Of a DNA stretch of 64,000 nt, positions 17,836 to 27,257 are shown one piece after another; positions within the stretch are counted from its first letter, which is position 1; each line of letters starts with the position of its first letter. The DNA is from a bacterium (lineage in GTDB: Bacteria > Patescibacteriota > CPR2 > UBA1875 > CAIMLA01), in NCBI GenBank assembly GCA_037129835.1, contig JBAXUE010000005.1:13975-77974 (forward strand), given 5' to 3'. Under the pieces are notes generated by a model. The model made no database searches. It saw nothing but the letters and a program-made list of their open reading frames with translations, and was not told the origin of the DNA. The translations under genes and the position numbers were made by a program.

Positions 17836-20358
17836 ATGGCTACCAAAGAAGAAAAGGTAATTAAACCACCAAAGTCTATAGAGACAACCGACAAGATGCT
17901 CGTCTCTCCTGTCAAAAAGAAACTAATGATACCCAAAAACTTTTTAATACTGCTTCTAGTATGTGTCATCACAATACCAGGAGCATATCTACTTTATAGA
18001 TCATTTGCCTCGGTTGGGACACAAAGTACGACAGCTACTAATACGGTCGATAGTATCAATTACCCCAGAACGGTAGAATATTGGAAGGACTATACTGCAG
18101 CAGAAAGGGCCAAGGTAGACCTGCTTATTATGGAACCATATCAATATCCAACCGAAACAAATGCTGTTAGAGCGCTTAATCCAGCTACTAAGATAATGCT
18201 TTATGAAGACATTGTAGAGTTTGATTATAATGCCAATGTAGCACCAACAGAATATGTAAATGAGCGTCTAAACGAAGGTTCTACTGATTGGATATTGACT
18301 CAGGTGGGGACTACCTTATCGGCAAGTGTTGATGCCACAACGACCACTATCCCTGTGACCGAGACAACGAAACTTAACGGTACGACTACCGTAGCTTTGT
18401 TCAAAATTGGTGAGCTTGCATTAGTCGATCACGAATTAATGAAAATCACAGCAGTTGGCACTAATACAATAACAGTCCAAAGAGGAGTTGTTAAAAAGGC
18501 GGCTGTACATGCAGCTGGTGTTCGAACAGCGGCCTGTGTAACTTTTTGGCCAGGCAGTGTAGTAACCGATATGACCAAAGCTAGTTTAGCTGTAGATCTC
18601 GGTACCGGCTTCGGACCAGAAACATATTACCAGTGGCGGGCAAGAGTGACGGGGACTAGAGCGGTTACAGAAAAATGGGACGGTGTTTATATGGATAGGG
18701 CAGATGGCAATGAGTCGTGGGTAATATCAACTGGTTATGCTAGAAGCTTTGATCAGGCTCGTACCAATACTTTTGTATCAGACAAATATGCTGCTTTTAA
18801 CACCTCTTGGAATGATGGTGAGATGCTTTATTATAAAGCCCTTAGAGCCAAGGTTGGAGTAGATATGCCGATTTTTGGTAACAGGGCTATCACAGGCTCC
18901 GCGGATATAAACGGTAGTTTAATGGAGGGATTTCCAGATAGTCAGATAAGTTCAAAGTCATGGCATGATATGATTGTTGGTCCCAACCTAGTCGCGGGTA
19001 GAGATGTTACTGGGACTTCTGTAATAGCTCCATATTTTAATTGGGTGAAAAATTCAAGAGATCCAAAATTGAATATAATCAATACTTACGAATATGAAGA
19101 CGGTACCAGCACTACAAATCCTTTTATTGATCCTAATTTTAAACGAAATTATCAGAAAATGAGATTTGGGCTGACAACTACCCTTTTGGGAAATGGCTAC
19201 TATGGTCACTTCTCGGGGATAACGGCTAAAAGCAACGGCTTTGCTTGGTTTGATGAATATGACAATGCTGGAGCGGGCAAAGGGTATCTTGGCCAGCCGA
19301 TTGGCGATGCTTATCAAGTTATCCCATCTCTTACGACTCCAGATCTAGTTAACGGAACTGGCACTTTTAATACACAAGCGCAACTTGATAGTTGGGAGCT
19401 GTATAACCGAGCTGGCTATGCATCGACAAAAACCCTCGATTCCGGCGCGGCTAAAATAAATATTACCGCAGCGGCTGGAAGCTTTAACGGAGTAGGTTTT
19501 TCATACCAGCCTTTTCCCATTACTGTTGGAGTAGAATATACTTTAACGTTTAGAGCAAAGGCTGATAAAGTTGTTAATATATATGCTTCTGCAGAGAAGA
19601 ATAATCCCTGGGGCTTCTTAGCAGAGTATGATGATCTTGGTCTTACTACAGATTGGCAGACTTTCAATATCCCTGTTAAGGCAATTGATTCAAGCACCAC
19701 TGGGACTATGAATTTTCTGCTTGGTGGAACCACTGGCACTATCTGGCTCGACGACGTCAAGCTTCAGGAAGGAAACCGTGAAGTCTACCGTCGTGACTTT
19801 ACTAACGGCATCTCTCTAGTAAATCCCACCGAATCTGCCGTCACTATACCTCTCGGTGGTAATTTCCGTAAAATCAAAGGGACTCAAGTTCCATCTATTA
19901 ATGACGGTTCTATAGTATCGTCAGTTACTCTTCAACCAAAAGATGGGATAATCCTTCTGCGAGAATCTGTCCCTATATCTTCACCAACCGTTGCTCCCAC
20001 GGCTACTCCGACCCCTACTCCTACACCAACCCCTACTATTACTCCTATTCCTACGCCCACTAAAGTTCTAACACCCACCCCTACAATTACCCCAATGGCC
20101 GTTTCCATCTCAAGTCCCTTGAGCGGAGGAAAAGTAAGTACTACATCTCAGATTATTAAAGCAACCGTAACAGGGCCTTATGCTGTCAAATCAGTAGTGT
20201 TCTATATAGACGGAGTAGTTAAGTCAACTGTAACTAAGTCCCCATATTCTTATACTTGGAAAACAACATCCGTTACTAGGGGAACCCATATTATCAAGGT
20301 CCAAGCTACTGATTCATTAGGCCGAACAGCCTACAAGCAGATAATAGTAACGAAGTAG
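17836..20358 (+). CDS. membrane-anchored putative glycoside hydrolase with CBM4/9-like carbohydrate-binding module, PT-linker and Ig-like C-terminus
   Basis: N-terminus nearly identical to the GH16 paralogue. Central TIM-barrel-like region (WDGVYMDRADG). CBM-like segment (WQTFNIPVKA...GTIWLDDVKLQEG). Hydrolase family not assignable by eye. Confidence 0.55.
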   Translation: MATKEEKVIKPPKSIETTDKMLVSPVKKKLMIPKNFLILLLVCVITIPGAYLLYRSFASVGTQSTTATNTVDSINYPRTVEYWKDYTAAERAKVDLLIMEPYQYPTETNAVRALNPATKIMLYEDIVEFDYNANVAPTEYVNERLNEGSTDWILTQVGTTLSASVDATTTTIPVTETTKLNGTTTVALFKIGELALVDHELMKITAVGTNTITVQRGVVKKAAVHAAGVRTAACVTFWPGSVVTDMTKASLAVDLGTGFGPETYYQWRARVTGTRAVTEKWDGVYMDRADGNESWVISTGYARSFDQARTNTFVSDKYAAFNTSWNDGEMLYYKALRAKVGVDMPIFGNRAITGSADINGSLMEGFPDSQISSKSWHDMIVGPNLVAGRDVTGTSVIAPYFNWVKNSRDPKLNIINTYEYEDGTSTTNPFIDPNFKRNYQKMRFGLTTTLLGNGYYGHFSGITAKSNGFAWFDEYDNAGAGKGYLGQPIGDAYQVIPSLTTPDLVNGTGTFNTQAQLDSWELYNRAGYASTKTLDSGAAKINITAAAGSFNGVGFSYQPFPITVGVEYTLTFRAKADKVVNIYASAEKNNPWGFLAEYDDLGLTTDWQTFNIPVKAIDSSTTGTMNFLLGGTTGTIWLDDVKLQEGNREVYRRDFTNGISLVNPTESAVTIPLGGNFRKIKGTQVPSINDGSIVSSVTLQPKDGIILLRESVPISSPTVAPTATPTPTPTPTPTITPIPTPTKVLTPTPTITPMAVSISSPLSGGKVSTTSQIIKATVTGPYAVKSVVFYIDGVVKSTVTKSPYSYTWKTTSVTRGTHIIKVQATDSLGRTAYKQIIVTK
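19979..20351 (+). repeat. 373-bp direct repeat copy 2
   Basis: Identical to 17309..17681. Confidence 0.85.
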
Positions 20359-20481
20359 TCAATTTTAGCTTAATAAACCTTTATAACAATCTTATTTCTG
20401 TTGCCAAAAAGACGATTTTGTACTATAATGCCATGGCAAAACAGGAAAACAACATATTGTATGAGAGGGGGTTGATCCTGA

Positions 20482-20766
20482 GTGGTACCTATATATCTAG
20501 ACACGGGCGTTGTGTCGGCCGGAAGAATTGCTGTTGTCACCGCGCTTCCTATTTGCGAAGACGGTAACTTCAGTGCCATTACTACGAGTAGGAGAGTGGA
20601 GCTGCTCAGTATTTGCGATCGAGTAGCCCTGGTAAACCTAAGTGGTGAATTGTGTGTTGCAAGTACGGAACCAGGGTTTGAATACTTGCTGATGCTTGAT
20701 GCGAGGATAGTCATCCTGGGGGACCAACAGTGGGCCTTCATTGATAATATCCCTACGGCGAATTGA
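20482..20766 (+). CDS. hypothetical protein (GC-rich island)
   Basis: GTG start with GAGAGGGGG RBS. Competes with an antisense ORF at 20370..20741. Chosen because it is co-oriented with the next gene. Confidence 0.3.
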   Translation: MVPIYLDTGVVSAGRIAVVTALPICEDGNFSAITTSRRVELLSICDRVALVNLSGELCVASTEPGFEYLLMLDARIVILGDQQWAFIDNIPTAN

Positions 20767-20782
20767 AGGGAAGGTACATACG

Positions 20783-21226
20783 ATGAGTGATAGACCAGTA
20801 ATGCACTATCCTAGCCAAGAAGAGTTAGATCATCTCGAGGAATTGACTGTTGAGATCTCTGCACAGGCAGCGATACTCTACGGTCAGCTTCGCCGGCATG
20901 GTACGAACGTCGAGTTCGGGCTAGACGACTTCAGCGGTTGCAATACCACAACACGGCTTTTTGATGCTATCGACAAGATACGTACCAAGGGCCCGATCAA
21001 CGAAGTACTTGCATTCACCAACTGGATTGGTGAAGTGAAGCCTCATGCTCATGGCATATCTAACCAGTTTGACCAGGAGATCGAGCGATTTAGCGGGCAG
21101 CTTCTGACGCTACTCGAGGGAGATCTAGTATCGTCCGAGGATGCGCCATTCTTTTGGCGGACACTGTTGGTTCTAGTTAGCGCCGGCGTCGAGTCGGACA
21201 TCGTATCCAACATGCACTACTTGTAG
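20783..21226 (+). CDS. hypothetical protein (GC-rich island)
   Basis: ATG with GAAGGGAAGG RBS. ~50% GC. Confidence 0.5.
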   Translation: MSDRPVMHYPSQEELDHLEELTVEISAQAAILYGQLRRHGTNVEFGLDDFSGCNTTTRLFDAIDKIRTKGPINEVLAFTNWIGEVKPHAHGISNQFDQEIERFSGQLLTLLEGDLVSSEDAPFFWRTLLVLVSAGVESDIVSNMHYL

Positions 21227-21347
21227 TGCTATAGACCCAGCTGGGTCGGCAATAAGCGAAGGCTTGTCCGATTCGGGTGGGCCTTTTGCTTTTAATAAAT
21301 GTAAAATAAATGTACAATCAAAACATACTATATGTGAGGTAATATTC

Positions 21348-21578
21348 ATGGCACGGGAAAATTCAGATTTTGACCACGAAGACTTCAAAGAAAATGAACA
21401 TCAAAGTAGGCTACGACTTGATAAGTTGAAACGTACCTGGGGAATTAGTAACGCCGAGGAGCGCAAGGGAATGATTTTATCTGCAAAAAGTTATTTATCT
21501 AAGTATAAAACTTCCAGAGACCCAAATGAGCAAAGCAAAATTGATGCCTATAATGATTTTTTGAATTTATATAAATAA
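21348..21578 (+). CDS. small hypothetical protein
   Basis: Internal ATG of track ORF 21264..21578. K/E-rich. Confidence 0.35.
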   Translation: MARENSDFDHEDFKENEHQSRLRLDKLKRTWGISNAEERKGMILSAKSYLSKYKTSRDPNEQSKIDAYNDFLNLYK

Positions 21579-21714
21579 GATAAAGTGAGGTATATTTATT
21601 TTTAATAATCAATGGTTAATCTATAAGTTATCGCAGTTTTCGCTAACAAAGAGAGATTATAAGCAGGCGTTTATATTTTCTATATGCATATCTGCTATAT
21701 ATTTTTTTTATACA

Positions 21715-22263
21715 ATGTTTTTGTACAAGATGATGCCAATATTATATGAAAATATCGTTTTGGCAAATGATTACTTTTCGGCCTCGTTATTTAAGAATGT
21801 TAATTTTGGCTACTTCCCGATTGTTATAGCTTGGGTTATGGTGATTTTAGTCATATTTTTCACATATTTATTTATAGCTGATTTTTTTAAGGAATTAAAA
21901 AAAATATCAATTCTTGAGACAGAGACTATCGTACATGGCAGGCCGCTGTCAAAAAATATTGCCTTAAGAAAAATGTATTTAAAGTTTTCTATACTCTTTG
22001 GAATCATTTGTACTTATTATCTAAGTGTTTATCTAGTATTCCCATCGGTAATCAATGTTATAGTATTTACCAGAACGTTTATTTTGGATTTTACCTGGTA
22101 TATACAATTGGTTATATTATTCATCATTAGTGCTTTATTGTGGTTTGTGTATTTCCTGATACTATATTATATAAAGAATATGGTTGCCTATGAGAAACAC
22201 GTTCTTTATCTGGACATCAACCATGACGCGACGCTTCCTGCGGAAGAGACTTTTGAAGATTAA
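21715..22263 (+). CDS. hypothetical membrane protein (4 TM)
   Basis: Hydrophobic helices. No motifs. Confidence 0.5.
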   Translation: MFLYKMMPILYENIVLANDYFSASLFKNVNFGYFPIVIAWVMVILVIFFTYLFIADFFKELKKISILETETIVHGRPLSKNIALRKMYLKFSILFGIICTYYLSVYLVFPSVINVIVFTRTFILDFTWYIQLVILFIISALLWFVYFLILYYIKNMVAYEKHVLYLDINHDATLPAEETFED

Positions 22264-22301
22264 CGAAATAGGTTTAGAAATTGAATTAATCAGGAGCGAT
22301 T

Positions 22302-22691
22302 GTGAGAGAAACGTTAAATAATTTAACATTAAATGAAGCGGAAATAATTAAATTGTGGTCATCGGCGATCGGCAATGGCAAAAGTTCAGAAAATTGGAGT
22401 AACAAGAGTTATTTATCAGAAACTTTGCGTGGGCAGAATGGCGTCAGCGCTAAGATAGAGCTACATCCGGATACTCTGAACGGCCGACATCGCTTAGTCA
22501 TACAGGAATTTTCCGCTATCGAAGGTGACGAAAACTATTTGGATTGCTTACAGTTAGTTGCCCATACTTTGAGCGAATTAAACAAAAATGGTTTGCAGTT
22601 TATTGTACAAGCCCCAGAGGGTTACTCGGACGGTAAACAAATAAAGGCAGATATAGAAGCTTTGTTAACTCCCAGAAAGGAAAATAGATGA
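22302..22691 (+). CDS. hypothetical protein
   Basis: ORF. Its stop overlaps the next start (ATGA). Confidence 0.5.
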   Translation: MRETLNNLTLNEAEIIKLWSSAIGNGKSSENWSNKSYLSETLRGQNGVSAKIELHPDTLNGRHRLVIQEFSAIEGDENYLDCLQLVAHTLSELNKNGLQFIVQAPEGYSDGKQIKADIEALLTPRKENR

Positions 22692-23068
22692 ACGAAATTA
22701 TGAATCCAGAGCAACGAAGGATGGCTGATATAGAGCAAATGACTAGTGGTATCGTACTTTTGGATCGAGATTTAAAGCAGTTATATGATTTGCATGAGGC
22801 AGAAGATATAGAATTCGCAAGAGACGAAATTCAAGAACAAATTGATGAGTTAAAGGGAAAATTGTTTGAGAAGAGAAACTCTAAAGAAAACACAAAAGCT
22901 CTTAGGGGCTACATTGCCGATCATGCCGAAGAATACCAAGAGCTTATAGAGATGGGGTTGCCAGTCGATGAATACAGTATAGCTTATGACGCTTTTCAGA
23001 CAGAAAAAATCTCTGAGGAGTATCTAGAGATTTTGAGACGAGAAATAACTGAGCTTGTTGAGGAATAA
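22688..23068 (+). CDS. hypothetical acidic protein
   Basis: ORF, translationally coupled to neighbours. Confidence 0.5.
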   Translation: MNEIMNPEQRRMADIEQMTSGIVLLDRDLKQLYDLHEAEDIEFARDEIQEQIDELKGKLFEKRNSKENTKALRGYIADHAEEYQELIEMGLPVDEYSIAYDAFQTEKISEEYLEILRREITELVEE

Positions 23069-23071
23069 AGT

Positions 23072-23329
23072 ATGGATATTGAAAAAGAAATTATAGAAAT
23101 TAAGGCAAGGAATAAGCGAGTCGATGGGGACAAGGCTTGGGAAAGAAGTAAATTTCGCATTATTATTGTCTCACTACTTACCTATATCGTCGTCGTTATA
23201 GTATTTAATCTCATTGGTGTAGAGAGTTATCTTTTGTCAGCCCTTATACCAACAATCGGATATATATTGTCTACGTTCACTATACCTGTAGTAAAAAAAT
23301 GGTGGTTGAAAAATAGATATGACAAATAA
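23072..23329 (+). CDS. small membrane protein
   Basis: Two TM helices. Confidence 0.45.
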   Translation: MDIEKEIIEIKARNKRVDGDKAWERSKFRIIIVSLLTYIVVVIVFNLIGVESYLLSALIPTIGYILSTFTIPVVKKWWLKNRYDK

Positions 23330-23930
23330 GACGATAATTTTACTTTCATATTATGGCCCCGCTATGTCTTGGTTACTTGGTTACCTTTCGAAACGAAACG
23401 TTAAAAAAATCGCATATATTTTGAATGCAAAAAAACCTGTTTTAAAAAAAGATTATGATGAGATTCTAAAAGAAATAAAAATATTTGAAAAACATGGCCT
23501 CAATGTTGATGTTATTGACTTAGAAAAGACAGATGATTTAGAAGACAGATTGATGTTGAGTGGTGCTATATATGTAAAGGGCGGAAACACTTTTAAGTTG
23601 CTAAAGGCGATGAAGGAAACTGGCTTTGATAAAGTGATAACTAATATTATAGCCAAAGACGTTATTTATATTGGTGAAAGCGCCGGGAGCTATGTGGCAT
23701 GTCCAACTATAGAGATGGCTCATTGGAAACACCAAGATGCAAATAAAATCGGTCTTGAGGATTTAACAGCCTTAAGTTTAGTCCCATACCTACTGACAGT
23801 TCATTATAAAGATGAATTTAAAACAATAATCAATAATGAAATCAGCAAATCAAAGTATGAGGTTCGGATATTAAGAGATAATCAGTTGATATTAATAGAA
23901 AATGACAAACAGAGTATAATAGAAGTATAA
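23319..23930 (+). CDS. peptidase S51 family (dipeptidase E / cyanophycinase-like)
   Basis: GGNTFKLL and IGESAGS motifs (S51 nucleophile-Ser context). Confidence 0.6.
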   Translation: MTNKTIILLSYYGPAMSWLLGYLSKRNVKKIAYILNAKKPVLKKDYDEILKEIKIFEKHGLNVDVIDLEKTDDLEDRLMLSGAIYVKGGNTFKLLKAMKETGFDKVITNIIAKDVIYIGESAGSYVACPTIEMAHWKHQDANKIGLEDLTALSLVPYLLTVHYKDEFKTIINNEISKSKYEVRILRDNQLILIENDKQSIIEV

Positions 23931-23943
23931 AAAGGAGAATATA

Positions 23944-24468
23944 ATGGAAACTAAAGAAAGTTATTTAAAGGATCTAATGGGTCATGTAATGCAAATCATC
24001 TACATGATATTTTTAGGTGTTATCATCGCCCTCTTCTTTGGCTTAGGCATTGATACTTTTTATCCAGGGCCTAAAGAACCACTATATCCAACTATTTTGC
24101 AGGAAAAACAATATCAGTCATCCCCGACCATTCAAACTGTTGAAGAAAAAGTTGTTGAAAAAAAATTTAATCAAGAGATGGACCAATATAATAAAGACTT
24201 AAAGCCATATAGCCGGAACGTATCTATTATTGCAATTGTTCTTTCTATTGTTGCACTGATTCTTAGCCTCACAGTTCTTATCCGTTGGGAAGTGATAGCA
24301 AACGGAGTGATGCTTGGTGGTGTATTTACTTTGGGATATAGTATTATTATGGGAGCGCAGGCCGATGATCCAAAATTTAGATTTGCGATTATCACGGTTG
24401 GCGTCGTAATAGCGTTTGCTCTTGGATATTACAAGTTTATTTTACCAAACAGAGAACTTAAAAGATGA
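23944..24468 (+). CDS. hypothetical membrane protein
   Basis: Three or four TM helices. Confidence 0.5.
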   Translation: METKESYLKDLMGHVMQIIYMIFLGVIIALFFGLGIDTFYPGPKEPLYPTILQEKQYQSSPTIQTVEEKVVEKKFNQEMDQYNKDLKPYSRNVSIIAIVLSIVALILSLTVLIRWEVIANGVMLGGVFTLGYSIIMGAQADDPKFRFAIITVGVVIAFALGYYKFILPNRELKR

Positions 24469-24830
24469 TTGAAGGTAGCCTAAACATATTGCAAAATAAC
24501 CCAGAAGCTCAAAAAGTGGATAAAATGCTCAATGAGCTTGAGGCTGATATTCCTTATCGTGAAAAAGCCGAAAGAATATTAAACCGTACGGTAGAGGCAT
24601 ATTTATTGGCAGATGACGCTGGAAAAAGAATAATTTATGATAATGCGGTAGAAAAATCACGAACTGGTGAAGATCAAGTAGCTCAGCTAGCAGCAGCTAG
24701 GAATTTTTTAGTAAAAATAGAAAGTGGTGAGTTGGAACGTCCAACAGCGATAGATGCTATAAATATAGTCGAAGAAATCGGAGATAATATCCAGAGGGCT
24801 CCAAATCAAAATAATCCAGAGAATAACTAA
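24465..24830 (+). CDS. hypothetical protein
   Basis: ORF overlapping the previous stop. Confidence 0.5.
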   Translation: MIEGSLNILQNNPEAQKVDKMLNELEADIPYREKAERILNRTVEAYLLADDAGKRIIYDNAVEKSRTGEDQVAQLAAARNFLVKIESGELERPTAIDAINIVEEIGDNIQRAPNQNNPENN

Positions 24831-24844
24831 TAAGGGACATAAAG

Positions 24845-25090
24845 ATGGCAGAGAAAAAAACAGAAGAATTTGTGGTTGATGGTGAGCAAGTACTTGCCAA
24901 GGTAAAAGAAATTATTGCTGCTGGAAATGCTCGTCGAATAATTATTAAAAGTATGGAAGACAAAACTCTACTAGAGGTGCCCGTAACTATTGGAGTAGTG
25001 GTGGCGGTTATTGCTCCGGTTCTGGCCGCTATCGGAGCGCTCGCAGCTATAGTGACGAAGTGTAAGATTGTAGTCGAGAAGACGGTATAG
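24845..25090 (+). CDS. small protein with C-terminal hydrophobic segment
   Basis: 81-aa ORF. AAGATGG context. Confidence 0.4.
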   Translation: MAEKKTEEFVVDGEQVLAKVKEIIAAGNARRIIIKSMEDKTLLEVPVTIGVVVAVIAPVLAAIGALAAIVTKCKIVVEKTV

Positions 25091-25605
25091 TGAAAAAAGC
25101 AATTATTATTCACGCATGGGGGAGTGCATCTGGCGAGCACTGGTACCAAAAAGAGAAAAATATTCTAGAGCAAATGGGCTACCAAGTCTATGTTCCCAAT
25201 ATGCCCAAAACAAACAATCCTGTTCTATCAGAGTGGCTTCAAGTTATAGATAATTATAGACCAGATAAAGATACAATTATTATGGGTCATTCTTTGGGTG
25301 TTCCAACTATTTTGCGATTTTTAGAAAATAGTGATACGAAAATTGATAAAGCTATATTGGTAGCAGGTTTTACAAAAGACCTTGGTTTTGATGAAACAAG
25401 AAATTTTGTAGAAGAGCCTTTTTCGTGGGATAAAATAAAAACAAAATCAAGAAAATTTGTTGTTTTGAATCAAAAAAATGATCCGTGGGTACCGTATGAA
25501 GCAGGTCAGGAATTGGCGAATAATCTAGGGGTGGTTATAATTGGCGTAGACGGTAATAATCATTTTGATACAATGGATATAGATTTAATAAATAAGGAGC
25601 TATAA
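25090..25605 (+). CDS. alpha/beta hydrolase, YdeN/RBBP9-like serine hydrolase
   Basis: IIHAWGS...GHSLG nucleophile elbow. ~170 aa is typical of this family. Confidence 0.6.
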   Translation: MKKAIIIHAWGSASGEHWYQKEKNILEQMGYQVYVPNMPKTNNPVLSEWLQVIDNYRPDKDTIIMGHSLGVPTILRFLENSDTKIDKAILVAGFTKDLGFDETRNFVEEPFSWDKIKTKSRKFVVLNQKNDPWVPYEAGQELANNLGVVIIGVDGNNHFDTMDIDLINKEL

Positions 25606-26556
25606 TTGTCAGAAAAACTCGAATACCCAATTGCCCCTAGCAAAATAGAACGGTCTGAAGCAATGACCCCCACTGATATTAGAATAAAATCAGGGAATAC
25701 AGAAGCAGTTATTTCGCCTGAAATGGGTGGGTTGGTTTCGGTTTTCTCAATTGATGGAGAAAATATTCTTTATGAAAATAGTGAAGCATATAACGACCCA
25801 AATCAAAGAAAAATAAAGGCGGGCATACCGGTTCTATTTCCTTATGCAGGTCCGCGTAAGGGCGGTATTCAGCACGGTGGTGCGCGAGAAGTCCCAGTTT
25901 GGACATGGGAAACTTCTACAGAAAATTCCGTGACCCTATCACTTGATTCTGATCATATAAAAGATATTAAACTACCCTCTATGGTTAAGGGTGAAAAAGT
26001 TGGTGAATTTGATGGCACAATCACTGTTAAAAAGATTATAGACGGTGAAGAAAAAACCGAAACTCAAGACATAGTAGGAAAGCTTGAGGAACTATATGGC
26101 CTGGGCTATCGATTTGATTTTGAGATGAAAATTACAGTTTCTGAGGGTTCGCTGCGTTACGATTTTAAAATAAAAAATCTGAGTGGCAAAGATATGCCTT
26201 TTGCTCCTGGCTTGCATCCATATTTCAAGGTAGATCATACAAAACGAAGTGAGATTAAGACAAATCTTGAAAATTTTGATCTAGCAAGCAGCCTAAATGA
26301 TAATACACAAGTGGCCGAAAGACCAAATGATGGTCGGGTATTTGTTACACTGCCAGACGAGACAAAAATCGAAATCGACTCAAGCCCTGAATTTAAAAAG
26401 TTTGTTGGCTATGCAGAAACAGACGAAAGTGATTATATCTGTATCGAACCATTTGTAGCTCGACCTAGTAGTCCAGAAAAAGATGAAATAATGATAAAAT
26501 ATGAAGAAACAAAAGAATTATTTGTTGAATTTAGAGTTAGTAAAGAAAATAAATAA
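25606..26556 (+). CDS. aldose 1-epimerase family protein (hexose-phosphate mutarotase-like)
   Basis: GIPVLFPYAGP and later HPYF motifs typical of the galactose-mutarotase-like fold. Confidence 0.6.
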   Translation: MSEKLEYPIAPSKIERSEAMTPTDIRIKSGNTEAVISPEMGGLVSVFSIDGENILYENSEAYNDPNQRKIKAGIPVLFPYAGPRKGGIQHGGAREVPVWTWETSTENSVTLSLDSDHIKDIKLPSMVKGEKVGEFDGTITVKKIIDGEEKTETQDIVGKLEELYGLGYRFDFEMKITVSEGSLRYDFKIKNLSGKDMPFAPGLHPYFKVDHTKRSEIKTNLENFDLASSLNDNTQVAERPNDGRVFVTLPDETKIEIDSSPEFKKFVGYAETDESDYICIEPFVARPSSPEKDEIMIKYEETKELFVEFRVSKENK

Positions 26557-26564
26557 GGATATTA

Positions 26565-27257
26565 TTGGAAGATCATATACACATTTTAAAAAGAAAAATC
26601 GAATATAAGCAGATTTTTCAAGTAATACTCGGAATAATAATATACACAATATTAATCGTGGCATTTTATTTTGGTTGGCACGAAGGAATAATTCAAGAGT
26701 TTATTCACGAAGCTGGCTTTATCGCACCATTATTATATATTACAGTCGCATCGGGCAAGGCTATTTTTCCAATCATTCCAGGAGAAGTTTTGATAATAAC
26801 AGGTGTAGTTCTTTTTGGTCCTATTTGGGGTCTTTCGTATGCTCTTTTAGGTCTTACATTGGGTTCCACAGCTGCTTTTTTTCTAGCTAGAAGCTTGGGA
26901 AGAAGATGGGTGAAGTGGTTGCTTGGAGAAAAAAATTATCATAGGATTAATGATCTTTCCGGGGATAAAACAATATTTACTTTCTTTCTAGTTTATTTGA
27001 CCCCGGGGACTCCAGATGATTTCGTTACATATATAGCAGGCTTGACTAGTATCAAGTACTGGCAGTTTATCGCGATATGTATCATCGGTAGATTACCATC
27101 ATATATTATCGCCGTCATTGGCGGGGTGAGTTTAAAGACATTAGATTATCGGCTGATGTTTTTCTGGTGGGGAGTAATGTTTGTCCTAGTGGGATGTCTT
27201 TATTTATATAAAAAATACTTTCTTGATAAAAAACTAAAGGACATTTCTAAAAAATGA
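26565..27257 (+). CDS. DedA/TVP38/SNARE-associated family membrane protein
   Basis: IPGEVLIITGVVLFG...G(ST)xAxFxLAR(SL)LGR and later YLTPGTPDDFVTYIAGLT conserved DedA motifs. Confidence 0.75.
   Translation: MEDHIHILKRKIEYKQIFQVILGIIIYTILIVAFYFGWHEGIIQEFIHEAGFIAPLLYITVASGKAIFPIIPGEVLIITGVVLFGPIWGLSYALLGLTLGSTAAFFLARSLGRRWVKWLLGEKNYHRINDLSGDKTIFTFFLVYLTPGTPDDFVTYIAGLTSIKYWQFIAICIIGRLPSYIIAVIGGVSLKTLDYRLMFFWWGVMFVLVGCLYLYKKYFLDKKLKDISKK

Noticed and set aside
20370-20741. Minus-strand 123-aa ORF in the 20.4-20.8k GC island
   Set aside because: It overlaps a plus-strand ORF that has a good RBS and is co-oriented with the downstream gene. Only one can be real, and the plus-strand ORF is favoured, at low confidence.
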